From Mesotaenium endlicherianum (Eukaryota), in assembly GCA_009602735.1 (NCBI GenBank), contig WELA01003449.1:118948-182947 (forward strand): a DNA stretch of 64,000 bases. Direction: 5' to 3'. The translations under genes were made by a program, and so were the position numbers. The notes beneath the pieces were generated by a model. The model worked only from the letters and a program-made list of their open reading frames with translations, was not told where the DNA came from and did not search any database. Every line of letters begins with the position of its first letter. The first letter of the stretch is position 1. This document shows positions 14,201-27,395 of the stretch, piece after piece.

Positions 14201-17200
14201 ATATTTTTCATATTGTATATATATGTACACATTTGCACATGTCTATATGTATATACACATATATATATATATATATATATACATATATACGTATATGTAT
14301 ATCTCCTGCCGATGTATTTGTGTTGACGAAGGAGCATGCGCACGTACTCACAGCCAACCAAGTACACATATATATACATATGCAAATATGCATGCGCACG
14401 ATCAGTAAAGCCCGTGAAATCGTCTTACGATTTTTGCGAGAACTGCTGAGTTGCTGGCCCCCGCCCCAGCTTTGAATGCTTTCTTCTTCTTGCCATACAG
14501 CGGGCAGAACACGAGGGCTCCCGCGTCGACACCTGTCCTCCCCAGGCCGTCCTGCAGGACGACAACAGCTGGCGTCGCCATGTCTCGGAAGTCCAGGTTC
14601 CAGCGCAGCTCCCCCGTGGCCGGGTGGCGCGTCTCAAGGCCGACGCACGTCACCCTCAGTTGCTGCCAGGTGGCGGCCGCAAAACGGGGCGCAGTGCGGA
14701 TCAGCACACACGGAGCTGCTGCCGCGTAAGTTGCGAGAAAGAGGTCGCGCTCGACTGCTACTGGCACGCCACAGCTCACGTCGCATTTTCCAGCATCGAC
14801 CAGGCCTCACACAGACGTGATGAGGATAGGCAAAGCAAAGGGAAGCCAAGGCAGAGCGGAGGCACAGGAGAAGCAACACGACGCAGCTTGCAGAGGAGAG
14901 TGCCCAGAGGAGCCCTGGGCCTTCGCTTGTGAGGGCAGAGGACAGGTGTCGAGCGCTGGGGAGGCTCTGCGGACCCCGAGCTCCGAGCTCTGGGCGGCTG
15001 GCGTGGGGTTTGAGAGCAACCTTACTGGCTCAGACCCAAAACCAGGTGGAAGGCCTTCAGGTGGAAGGCCTGGGGCTGGGGATTAGGGTCCAGTGCCGAT
15101 CTAGCACTTCATGCATACTTCGGAGCGCAAGGGTCTCGGAATTCGAGGGTTGGCCCGTCGGTTCGGGGTTTGCGTCAGTATTCAGAGACATGTCACTTCA
15201 TGCAAAGGAGCCCTGAGATTTCGGAAATATGCTTCCGGAGTAAGGTTCAGGGTCTGAGCACTATTGGCCGCGGGTTGAAGTGAAGGCTCTGTGGCGTCAA
15301 CCTGAGGGCACAGGCTTTGGAGGTTTACGGTCTGGGATCGCATGCCTCTCAAAAGAGGCTGGGTTTAGGGTTTAAGGGCGTGGCGCACTTGAGGGACCCA
15401 GTCGCCGAGGCGGCGCCGGAGGTGCAGCGCCTGGAAGTTGGCGGGCGGCGGGATTTTGGGGCCCTCGGGCAGCGCCTCCAGGACGCGGAAGAGCTCGGTC
15501 AGCAGCGCGGCTCTGTAGGGGCAGGTGAAACTTATGGGCTTGAATTTCCCCCGCCCGTCCACGCGCACGTTCACTGCAAACTCCTGCTTTTCCCTCTCCC
15601 CCACCCCCCACCCGCAAAGAAGAGATACAAAAAATCCCGCCGCCGCCCAACCCCTCAGCAAGTCACGTCGGGAAGGAGCGCGCGCGCCCCTTGTCAGCTA
15701 AATCGCTGCTCAATTTGCTTCACCCCTCGCCCACTTTCCTACTGCCCCTCCCTCTCTCCCCCCCCTTGTCGTAACCGCTGCACTGTCGAATATGATTAGG
15801 ATATGCTGTTTTCCTGCAAAAGGCTTGCCCTTAAGCACCACTGTCTCGCACCATCTTGACTTCTTGCCTACCCCCCATATCCCCCCACAAAAAACTGAAA
15901 CCCCGATGCTCAAACCCTTGGTGTATAAACCCTGGCGCATAAACCCTGGTATATAAACCCTGGCGCATAAACCCTGGCGCGTAAACCCTGGTACATAAAC
16001 CCTGGACAACTGTCAGGGCTCAGCCGGATGTGCTGCAACGATCAAAGGGTACGAGCCCGAGTAATTGAAATTCGAGTTTCGGAGTTCGAAGTGTCGTTCC
16101 CGCACACACTTCCAGGTCGGGACAGGTCGGGGACAGGTCGGGGACAGGTCGGGGACAGGTCGAGGACAGGTCGGGGACAGGTCAAGGGACTGGTCAGATT
16201 TGACCCTCTCAGGGCCGTCTTTCTGAAACCTTGGACCAGGCCAACAGTCGTGCATGAACGATAGAAAGAAAAGGCGATGGCAAGTGCAATAGCGCAACGG
16301 CTGTCGGATTACTCCTAACAGATAAACGGACACGCCTGCGGGCGGCCACGCCAGCCGACACAATCCGTTGAAACGTCGATGTACAACTGAGACTCTGAGA
16401 CAGGCCCTAGGGTTAGGTTGACATTACACATAGAATCAGGGCTAGAACTATTGCTTCAAGTTTAGGGTTAGGGTCTAGGCTTAAGGTTAGGCTTAGAGAG
16501 CCCTCACTCCAGCCCTGTGCCATGGAGAGGCTTATGTACTTAGAGGATTCCGGGCAAGCAGCGGAAAGACAAACTTTTGCGTCAGGGTCTGTTCGTAGAG
16601 TGCGTAGTTCTTGATTACTACACTCTAATGAAACAGTCATGCACGCAGCCGAACAACGATTCATGCAAACCTGATACCCTAAACCTTCTCACAAAGCCTT
16701 CTCTAAAACCCCGCATGCAGAAATCGTCCCTTATTGCCCCCAGAACCCGGAACCCTAAAAGAGGCGAAGTTGAAGTCAGCCTCTGTGAACGCAAACTCAC
16801 TCGCCCTCAGCCTCACTGCTGCTGACCCCAGTGGTGCCTGAGCCCATAAACCACTTAACCCTGAACGCCTACTAGCCTCTCCCATAGCCGGGAAATTTAG
16901 GGCCAGGTGCGCCCGCACCTGGGCGTCGTCTCTCCCGCCGCCAACTGTCACGCCCTCGAAGTCCGTCGCGAGATCGTAGTGGTTGGTGACGGCGAGGCTG
17001 TTGGGGTCGAGCGTGATGATGGCATGCTGACATAAGCAGAAGATGCGCCGGTACCGCCCGCGCCACGAGTGCTTGACAGCTGTGTAGCGGCACACGTACT
17101 CGGGCTCCTCCGCCACGCCCTCCTGCTATGGATGTATTTACACATATATATGTATATATGTATGTGTGTGTATATATATTAATTCACATGTATGAGAACG

Positions 17201-18119
17201 AAATTAATTTTGGGGAATACGATCAGAATACGTGCACATCATACAATCAACAGATCCGTGTGCATGTCCGTGTGTATACATGTGTGTGTACATATTCAAA
17301 CTGCCATATTTACAAGTGCATGTCTTATCTGAATGTACGGACAGCTCACCGCATTGGTACATGTGCTTTTTGCCAAGGATTTAATTGATGGCCTTCACCA
17401 TGTCCTCCTCTCGAAGAGGCAACAGTCGCACTAAATAACAGATGTCTGAGTGTGTGTGTGTGTGTGTGCGTGTGAGAGAGAGAGGGAGAGGGAGAGAGTC
17501 TCTGTGTTATGCCTGTGAGCCTGTACTACACCCACATCAGCCCACTCAGACTGTCTCCGAGGCGTCCCCAGCTGTCCCCAGTGCTTGCCAAGCTGTCTCC
17601 AAGCGTCTCGCAGTGGACCCCTCTCTGAAGCTCCTACAGCTGGCACGTCTCCAGCCCGTCCCTTGTCTCTATCTCCCCCCCCTACGCGCATAGAGAAGCT
17701 GCAACACGTCCACGACTCCCAAGAGGGTTCATCTAAATTTCTCTTAAACTCACGGACTGCCAAAATACTCGCATTGTCACTGACGGGACCTCACGCAAAC
17801 TCCAAGCCTTTCTCTTACACGACGTCCCAGAACCCGCTTTTCGAATTGTCACTAAACAGAGGGGACGGCTCCGAGTCATCCCCCGGACACGTTGTTGTGC
17901 CTAAACATACTATATTTTAAGAACCAGCCGGGGTATTCTATGGCCCAGACGGGGTGTATTCTTCCCATGACAGACAAACTCTTGATCCAGGTCCGGGTTA
18001 GGTTTGGAATCAGGCTCAGGTTTGGGGGCAGCTTCAGCTGTCAGCCTAAGGCTAGGTTTGGAATCAGTCACCTGAGCATGATGCTCAGATGAAGCCGTAG
18101 ACCGCGTCAGAAAGTCCAT
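62..18119 (-). CDS. GRV2: GRV2/KAM2 (RME-8 / DNAJC13 homologue), DnaJ-family endosomal trafficking protein; 5' part only, gene continues beyond the left edge
   Basis: GT-AG exons splice in a consistent frame: 18119-18072 ([16 protein letters not shown]), 17125(or 17122)-16919 ([26 protein letters not shown]), 15583-15389, 14662-14429, 13809-13722, 13297-13089, 12571-12470 ([15 protein letters not shown]), 11290-11228, 10420-10216, 9314-8985 ([11 protein letters not shown]), 7736-7465, 6984-6702, 6291-5167 ([17 protein letters not shown]), 4899-4560 ([17 protein letters not shown]), 3438-3216, 2747-2628, 2032-1790 (GYF_2-like KEWFY..GP..W..G), 1154-1014, 454-62 ([20 protein letters not shown]). 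These motifs match plant GRV2/RME-8 as I recall it. Confidence 0.95.
2126..2175. repeat. (CA)n microsatellite, representative of many intronic (CA/TG)n and (TA)n-rich tracts (e.g. 8190-8250, 14250-14290, 21645-21705, 27343-27392)
   Basis: Direct reading. Confidence 0.95.
15912..16008. repeat. 14-bp tandem repeat (AAACCCTGGYRYRT) x7, built on a telomere heptamer, in a GRV2 intron
   Basis: aaacccttggtgtat aaaccctggcgcat aaaccctggtatat aaaccctggcgcat aaaccctggcgcgt aaaccctggtacat aaaccctggac read directly. Confidence 0.9.
16113..16190. repeat. 11-bp tandem repeat (CAGGTCGGGGA) x~6-7
   Basis: Direct reading: caggtcgggacaggtcggggacaggtcggggacagg... Confidence 0.9.
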
Positions 18120-19264
18120 GCTCCTTCTCCTCCCGCCACCTGGCAGCTTGCCGGACTCCCTGGCAGCATAACCCTGGTGGTAGCCGGGGCTGACCTGGCT
18201 GCCTTGAGTTCCGTACCAGGGGAGCAATTGATGGCGCCTGGGCGGTAAGCTCGCCCCCAGGCGATTGTGCGAGTATGCTCCCCCCAGTTCTCCTCCACTA
18301 GATGTGAACGGGGGTGGTTTTTTCAGTTCCAATCAAGTAGCTTCCACTAAAGTCCTAAATTTCAAATTGCTCGACATGTACTTTGGTCGCCAGAACATCT
18401 GTATGCAACAGGCACAGACATGCAAATAACTTAGAATTTTGCATAGTCAACATAATCAAAAGTTGCGCTTCTTCCATCGATAGCCTTATCAATAAGAATG
18501 GCTTCACATGGCCGCTTTTTCATGCCTGGTAAGAAACTGCTGTTTGCAATGCCCATTTGTGCAGCATTGTTGTTATGACCTTACAAGGATAGAACTGGTG
18601 GAGGAACTACTGCAGTCATTGTAAAGCAAAAATAGTCAAACATAGTGAAAAATAGTGAAAATAGTGGGATGTGGTCAGAAGATTCTCAGTGGCACGCGTT
18701 TGAGTTTATAATGGCAAACCATTTCAATCTGAAGTGCCCGTACCGCAAACCTACATTTAACATAACATAAACTGAACTTCAAGGACCCTTTCTTGTGCCA
18801 AATTCAAAGAATATGCACTTGCTTTCACCTAAAAATGCTGAGGCGAAGACGTTATCTTCACCAATTCGTTGTCGACAGGGCGTGCAAGATCTAGAGAGGC
18901 AGAGGTCGTCATTTCTCTTGTGCTCTTAGAGAATGGCCCAACATGCAAGTGTAACAAAGCATTTACGCCTTTCTTTCACCCTCACATTTGCCTCTCCATG
19001 AAGAGTTACGAAAACCGGGGAAAGAGGTCAACGTTGACAAGATGGCAATCATTCTTTATGGGAGTTGGCTCCTAAATTGCTCCATACGATTTTATGTTGT
19101 TACATTCGACTGCAACTTGGACGAGCACACACCGGATGTGGACTAGTGCCATTGCATGGGTGCGATTCGCATAGGGTCTCCGCAGGGAAATTGCTCATTC
19201 GAAGGGCATGCAAAATCCTCTTTTCGGGGGGGGGGGGGCCGTAAACTTCTCTTGAAGAGACCTT

Positions 19265-19660
19265 AGACGGGCACGCAAATGCATATGCAGGGGCACGAAT
19301 GATCAGCTTAACATCATATTTTGGCACGTAAAATGCTTCGTGTGCATGAAGGGGATTGGAGACGGGGCACGCTATATTTCCCTCTTTAGGGGCACGGATA
19401 ATTGCCGGACGGACTGCAACTGCTTTGCGAGCACTCAAAAATTACCGTCTTTGGGGGCACGCAGTATCCTCTTTCTGAATTAAGGCCCGCCAATATAATT
19501 AGCCGCTTGAGGGCATTCAAAACATTCTTGTAGCAGGCTCGTAGAATTTTATGAGGGGGCTCGCAGAATGAATTTGGAATGGCCCGGGCACCCCAGCAGG
19601 CACGTAAAATCAACCTGAATTCAGGGGGCACGCAAAATTACTCTTCCGGGCACGTACTTC
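19265..19660. repeat. Dispersed GGGGCACG motif cluster (~9 same-orientation copies), possible transposon subterminal-repeat remnant
   Basis: (GG)GGCACG copies near 19269, 19291, 19323, 19364, 19389, 19454, 19599, 19625 and 19648 in the lower-GC intergenic region between GRV2 and the Kir gene. Confidence 0.5.
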
Positions 19661-22600
19661 GGGGGGCTCACTGCGACCAACTGCGAGCAATTGCGAACGA
19701 TACTGCTGACCACTGCTGACTGCAGCTGACTCTTTGGCTCTTTGGGAACATACAGATTGATGTGACGCTTGCGTGCGTGATGTGCTGCTTCGTCGGTGCT
19801 GTGAGGGACCTGTCCTTCATGCACTCTCCCCAGTCCTCCCCAGGCAGGTGTGATCACAGGAACATGTCCATAGTCTATCATCCGCTCTCAAGTGCTTATT
19901 CTACCTTCAGGACAATCAGGAACTTTGCCTGAAGGATGGGCATCATGAAGATTAAGTGAGGACGCATACAGTGAAGTATTGCAACAAAAGCAGAGCAACC
20001 CGTGGTTTCATGTATGCAGCTCCATTTCCATCTTCTTTTGACTCAAATATCCCATATAATGTGTACGTTCTTCATTTCTCTAAGTTTCGACAAAGTTCCT
20101 CATAGTTTTCGTGTCTTTTGGCACATTAGGACTGCACCCTTGTATTACAAAATATGTGGATGCTCCAGGCTTGTATTTATAAATCCGTGTCTAGCCGAGC
20201 ATATTAAATAGTAGTACAGCTGTAAAAAGTTCAGAGGTCTTCTCCTTGAGACTCCCCAACATGAGCTATTCGTGTCCTCAATCCATTTAGCATGAAGGGA
20301 CAAAGACGACCTTTCACATGCAGAAGTGAAGTCTGTTTTGGTGCTTTGGTTTAGAAGATCTGAAGTAAAAATGGAGACACCGTGCCCCATGCAAAAACGT
20401 ATCTGCAAGTTCCTAGTCAGAGTGGGATGCTAATAGGGTCAATCTGCGTCACATACGTTTGCAAGACTTTGTGTATACACCAGATCTGATTAACCCAGTT
20501 GATGGACCCGCTCACGTTGTTCTTCTGGGACGTGTGCTTTCACCAAGCTCCATTCACCAGTATTGCACTTGAGACGTTTACAGCTCAAATTCCTATGTTG
20601 ATGTTGTCTATGTTGATGCTGTGTATCGAGAGCTAATGGGGAATGTGTGCTAGGATTGCTGAGCCATGGCAACTTATCTGCTGGTATGCGCGCTTCATAT
20701 GTCCCTTTCCTTTTTTTGAGGGATGAAGATGAGGAGGCTATGGCTTCTATAGCTTCAGGTCAAGTTCAGCTATGCTGAGTTATATACTATACACATCAAT
20801 CGAGTGAATAATCTCCAAAAACCGAGTATACAAAACTTTTGGAATGATATGCTTTCCACACCTATTAAAACCTCTGCTCCAATACACTACCAGCTAGGTA
20901 GAGTTAGTGAGGCTGACCTGGTCCTTCTGGGTTGGGATGTTTTGTTTTTTTTTTGGGGGGGGGGGGGNNNNNNNNNNNNNNNNNNNNNNNNNNNNNNNNN
21001 NNNNNNNNNNNNNNNNNNNNNNNNNNGGGGGGGGGGGGGGGGGGGGGACAATGGGGAGAGGTGTTGACAGGTGTATGCGGATGGGCTTGGAAGAGAAGCG
21101 CGAGACTTCAAAGAGTTCCTCTTGACAGGGACGAATAGGATTGTGCCAAGTGGCTGCCTGGCCTTGCGTTTCGCGCGGATTGACCCCTACCTGGCTCGAG
21201 GTGCGTGGTGGGCACTTGCTCGCTCTCCTCCTTAGAAGACTCGCTGTCAAGAAAGTTTTGAAGTTCTGTTTCCGCAGCATTCCGAGTGACTTTTGCAAGT
21301 CCGATGCATAACAAATTTTCCTCACGCGACCTCTCCTCCCGTGAGAGGTGCGCTTGTATATACAACATATACATGTATATGTATATATACACACATATAT
21401 ATATACATGTACAAAACATCAGCAGCTCAGCTGCCTGTATCAACTACGGAGCCTGGCAGAGGTTCTTGTCGCGCTGGCACACGCGCGCGCAGAAGCAGCA
21501 GTAACTGTGCACCCATTCTGCCTAACCCACTCACCCGCCCGACACGGAACGCACTGCCTGCCTGGTCTCTGCCAGTTGTACAACAGATCAGCACACTGAC
21601 GTCACTCCTTCGACACTCAGACCCTCTAGACATGTGACTAGCGATGCACACATACACACACACACACACTCTCACACACACACACACACACATACACACA
21701 CACACGCTAATACACATGTGTGTGTATGTGTATGTATATGTGCATATGTATATGAGCGTAGCATTTCCGACTGATTGTTCGCACGAAGGCAGCCGACATC
21801 TTAGTGCCACTTACCTGCCTGCGTTCTACGGGTGCCACAGACCACTTTGTGTCCTGCCATGACAGCAAGCGCACGTTGCTTGAGAGGATGCAGGAGTCTC
21901 TAGTGCATTGAAGAATTGAGCTGGCAGGTCAGGACTCCGACGAGCTTAGAGCGACTCATATTATGTAATATTGTGCGTTAAGGTTGATACTATTCCATTA
22001 GGCATTTGGTTTAGGGTAATTCGCCAAACTCATTACACAATGGTGAAAGTGCTCAGTTTCAAGTGCCACCTGAGAAGCCTGCTTTTGTTTCTTCCCCAAA
22101 TGCGAATAGCTCAACCTCCGAGAAGTTGGGGCCGTGAGTGAGCAGAGAAAGCATGAAGCTCTGAAGCTGTTTGACCCAGACCTTGTCGTGTAGTGTATAT
22201 ATGTTCATATACACACACATGTATATGTATACATATGTGTGTGTGAATGTACAAATTTTTGTCTTCGTATACACACAACAGCTCATATTCTGTCCTCTTG
22301 TAAATCGCAACGCTGACGGTGTGCTCTCACGCTGCCCTCCCTCCCGCGTCGCCCGCTCGCAGGAATCTGCCACAAGACCTTTGAAAGGAACATCCCGCGC
22401 GAGTGCCTCAAAGTAGGCCTCCCAGGACCACTCTCCACGAGGGTTCTCAGAGCAACAGGTGCACGTCAGGTTCCGGCGTCGCGTCAAGTCGCGTTGCGTG
22501 AGTCGGGCTGTGCAAGGCTGCAGAGGCTTCGACGTGGGAGCATCGCTCGAGCGCCGCGCCCGTCGCAGCTCCCCGCCAGGTGTCTTTGCAACTGAGGGGG

Positions 22601-23100
22601 GTGCTTGCAACGCCGGCCGAGCTCGGGCGCTGTTTGGCACTGCTGTCAAAGGCCTGAGCCGGAGGAGGAGCCGCAGGTGGTGGTGGTGTCAGGAATTAGG
22701 TTTCAAGTTTCGAGATTTAGAGTCTCGGTTTCAGATTGTAGGGTTTAGGCCAAGCCGAGCTGCAGTGCGTTGAGCGGGGAGCTTCCTCACGGCCTTCTCA
22801 AGCCTGCTAAACTTTCAAATCCTAAAACGGAAACCCTAAATTGCAGGGCAGAGCGAGCTCGTCGGGGCGGACGAAGTAGCCTTAGCTGTCGGGCAAGTGA
22901 CGTAGGAGCCTCGTCGGAGCAGGACCCAACGGGGAACGCAAGTGACAAGGGCGTCTCCGTAGAAGCGAGGGGGGCGGATCACTGGCAGCTGCGGCTCAGC
23001 AAGGCGGAAACGCAGCGGGCGCAGGTGCACACCCAGGCACAGGAGCGGCGGGCGCAGGCCAGGAGGCGCAGTAGACGCGCACGCACGCACGGACGCACCT

Positions 23101-24183
23101 ATGGATGACAGGAAGGGGCAGGCGCGGCAGGAGAGGGGGGCGGTGGCGGCAGGAGGAGGAAGAAGCTTCCTGGAAGCAGTTGTGGAGAACGGGCAGGAGC
23201 CTGACGCCATCGCCGTCGACGTGGCGGCACGCAAGGTGGGGGCGGGGAGGAGCAGGTGGCGGCAGCTGAAGCACACCGTCCGCTTCACCAACCAGGTGAG
23301 CTGGCAGGCCCCCAGCCCTCCGATCCGATCGTCGGCGGACCGCCAGCTGGCTGCGGCGAATGTTCGTGACAAGCGCAGGGGCACCTGATTTCTGAGCTCC
23401 AAACCCGTAACCTTAAATCTGAACCCTAACTTTTAAAACCTCCACAGAAATCCTAATTGTGCAGCGCAGGCGTGCAGCAACTCAGTCGGCCTGTTTGCAG
23501 ACATGGGCCAGCATAGATCAGCAGAGGGAGAGATTAACCCGAGGGTTTAAGTAGATGGGAAGTTTGCAATGGGGAGTGTGATGCTCCCGCGTGGGGGGCT
23601 CCACGGTTGCTCTTCCTCTGTCTTGGGCGCGCGTGTGCCGGCAGTTTGCTGAGACTTTGCGCTGCCTGCTTATATCATATCCAATCCAAGAGGAGTGGTG
23701 CGCTCATCGCGGGCGTTCACATGCGCGCGCATTGGAAGCGCTTATGCATGCGTTCCTGCGCGCGCTCGTCAGTGCGTGCATTCAGAAGAAGTGAAACATT
23801 GGCTCTGTTGCTCAACGTTAGTTTAGTGCTCACCGAGGACAGCTTCCTTTCATTCGGGCGTTTGCTCGTGCATGTGTGCAGTGTGTGCTGCGTCCATCTG
23901 CCGAAATACAATAGCCACACATTCTTGTGTGTGTGTGTGTGTGTGCGTGTGTGAGTGTGTGTGTTGTTACCATCCTTGTCCCGGGCAGCTCTCCAACTTC
24001 ATAGCGGAAGGGAGCGGCAACATTCTCGACGAGAGCGCCAGCACCCTCGGGCAGCTCGTGTCTGCCCCCGCATCCCCCGCTGAGGCAGAGCACAACCTGG
24101 ACACAGACGTGCCACCTGGCACAGGCGCAGGCACAGGCAGCACAGGAGAAGGCGGCACCGGCACAGGCGCAGATGCAGGGGCT

Positions 24184-24226
<43 letters not shown>

Positions 24227-25532
24227 CCAAAGACGCGCTGGACAAGCCCAATGCAATCGGCTCCGAGAGAGCCGCAGAAGGAGCACCAGAGGGAGCCTCA
24301 GGAGGAGCAGGAGCAGGAGCTGGAGGAGCAGGAGGAGCGTCAGAAGGAGGGGCTCCCAGAGGTGCAGGAGGCACGAGCAGCGAGCCTGGCGAGAAGGCGT
24401 CGAAGACCGGGCAACCCCAGGGGATCCAGGGGCAGGGGCAGGGGCAGCAGCAGCAGGAGAAGCAGCAAAAGCCCCCGGTTGGGGCCGGCGGCGGGGTTGC
24501 GGGCGGGGGAAGGAAGGAGGACAGAGCTGCGGCGGCGGCGGCGGCTGCGCTGAGGAACCCGCTGGCGCTCAAGTCGAAGGGGCGCGCCGCCATGGAGGGG
24601 CTGCAGGTGAAGCAGGAGGGCAGCCTGCTCACCTTTTTCACCAGCTTCTACGTCGCGTGCCTCAAGGTGAGCAAGGGGGGGNNNNNNNNNNNNNNNNNNN
24701 NNNNNNNNNNNNNNNNNNNNNNNNNNNNNNNNNNNNNNNNNNNNNNNNNNNNNNNNNNNNNNNNNNNNNNNNNNNNNNNNNNNNNNNNNNNNNNNNNNNN
24801 NNNNNNNNNNNNNNNNNNNNNNNNNNNNNNNNNNNNNNNNNNNNNNNNNNNNNNNNNNNNNNNNNNNNNNNNNNNNNNNNNNNNNNNNNNNNNNNNNNNN
24901 NNNNNNNNNNNNNNNNNNNNNNNNNNNNNNNNNNNNNNNNNNNNNNNNNNNNNNNNNNNNNNNGTGGGGGGGGGGTAAGGGCTCAGGGGCGGATAGAGTT
25001 TAGGGCCAAGGTTTGGCTCTGGGGTGTGTACATCGCGGCAGTCATCGTGCGGGCGCCTGCTTGAAGGTGGGGGAGGGGGGCACCCCGTTGAGGCTCTAGG
25101 TGTTGTGCTCGGAGGCTTGTTCTGTCTGCTCAGTGGTGCGGGCACGTGCGTGCATGAAGGAGAAGGAGGCGTCCGGTTTGTGTTTAGGGTTAGGGTCTTG
25201 GGTTTGGGTCTAGGGTTTGGCTCCGCGGCTCTGTGGAGACGAGAACAGCGGCGCACATGTCTCCAGCGGCGTTGTGAGCGAGCGCTGCCTGTTTCCTCCC
25301 CTCTCCCTCCCTCCTTCCCCCTCTCTCTCACGCTGTGCATTCCCGTCGCATCGGCTCCCGGGTTTGACTTCACGCGAGTGCACAAGATGACGTGTCACTC
25401 TTGCGACAAGCTCTCTGCCCCGCCGGACGCTTCCAGCAAGCCTGGTTGCCAACGCTGCGCCATCGTGCGTTTTTTGGTGTTCCTTCTTTTTGTTGTACGT
25501 TTTTTCTTCTTTGTTTTGTTGGGGCCCGGCCG

Positions 25533-25563
<31 letters not shown>

Positions 25564-26868
25564 AGCGCATGTATGTGTGTGCGCGCGCGTGGCGAGAGCG
25601 CCAGATGTCATTCTGGCGCTTCCTGCTGGGGGTGTTCCTGGCGCCGCTGCTGCTGGGCCTGATGTTCACGCCGCTGTTCCTGCTGGACGTCGGCGGCCTC
25701 ACCTTCGAGCACGGCGTGCTCCACGAGCCGGACGACTACCACGACGAGGGCGGTGGCGGCGGAGGAGGACAGGTGGCGGCGCTGTGCATGTCCGCGGTGG
25801 CGCGGCGCCAGGCCTCCATTGCGCTCAACGTCTTCCTCTACGCGTGAGTGCGCGCTGCTCGCGGATTGCGGGAGCTCGGGTTAAGTTAGGGTTTGGGATA
25901 CATTGCTGACGTCGGGTGCGGGTGACAGGTCTAGGGTTTAAGGATGCACAGGTTGAGGGTCTGGGCCTCCACACGCTCATTGTCTTCTCTCCGCATGAGC
26001 GTGCCCCCCGCCGCCGCCGCTCCTTCCTTGCGTCGATCGTGGGGGCTGGGGGCAGCTTAGGCTGAGATTTTAGAGTTTAGAGCTTTCGGGGGTCACATGT
26101 ACTGGCCGCCGTCACGCTCCACTCCTTGTCTTCCACTCCTTGTCTCACTCCGGCTGAGCTCAAGTGCCACGGTCTTTCTTGTCAGGGTTAGCATTTGGGT
26201 TAGGGTTAGGGGTAGGGCTTGTCGTAGATCTGCAATTAGGCTTATAACTGGTGTGACAGCTGCAGGTTACGGCATGCGAGAAAGCGCCTGGCGTGTGCGT
26301 CAAATGCGCCTGCGTGGGGCTGGGTTGTGGACGCGCACTTGCGAGTGTGCTTGTGCCTGCCAGCCCGTGTGGGCGGTGCCACGCGGCCCTGGCGGGGCTG
26401 GGGCGGGAGCCTGAGCCTGGGGGAAAGGGGGGGTGTATTGAGGTGCGTGTGGGGCAAGGTTGTGCTTGCCGTGTTGTGGGATGCTCTGCCAGCTGCTTCC
26501 TTCTGGGCGAGGCAACGCACACGCACGCGTGCGCCTGCGCGTTTATGTGCGTGTGCACGCCCCCTTGTGCGTGCGCGTGTGTGTGCGTGCGTGTGCATGC
26601 ATGCCTGCAGCCTGCCGCTGCCGACGGCGTTTGGTTTCTCACAGTGCTTGCGCGTGCCCTTTCATGCGTGTGCGTGTGCGCGTGCTTGCGTGCGTGCCTG
26701 CAGGCTCTCGCTGTCGACGACGTTCGGGGGCTCGCCGGTGGCGGCGCGCTCGCCTTTCTCGCTGATGGTGGCCAACCTCAACACGCTCATGGCGCAGTTC
26801 CTCTTTGTCTTCCTCAGCGGCGCTGGTACGCACCCGCCGGTGCCCTTCCTGCCTGCCTTCCCTCTCTT

Positions 26869-26899
<31 letters not shown>

Positions 26900-27358
26900 A
26901 GCGGGCCTGCCTGTCTATATTGCATGCCTGCCTGCCTGTCGTGCGTCTTCAGTCTTTCCAGTTGTGTCTCCCAACGTCTTTGTGGGGTGCTCTCTTGAGG
27001 GACGAGAGAACAAGAGTGACAAGCACGACATGCATAGGTTTAAATTGCGCTTGTTTTGTGGCCCTCGATTGCTTGCTTGCTTGCTTGCTTGTGTGGAGAG
27101 TGACGTGACTCCTTTGTGTGCGTGTGCGTGTATCGACACGCATAGTATCTGGCGCAAGCTGTATGCATCGCATGTCTGCATGTCTGCTTGTCTTCACACG
27201 GCCCAGAGCGCGTGTGGCCGCCTGTCTTCTCAAGGGAGAGCGCATGTGCATGCGCACGTGCATGAGTGCCACAGCAGATCATATGACGCGCTTGCAAAGA
27301 GTGTACTCATGCCAGAAGGTTGCGAACGCATGGCGTGCGCACGTGTGTGTGTGTGTGT

Positions 27359-27395
<37 letters not shown>

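Noticed and set aside
15912..16190. Short regular repeats as a CRISPR-like array
   Set aside because: Head-to-tail 11-14-bp units with no unique spacers; ordinary minisatellites.
20145..20408. TSACERS motif suggesting a hAT transposase C-terminal remnant
   Set aside because: A single short motif with no other transposase motifs or TIRs; insufficient support.
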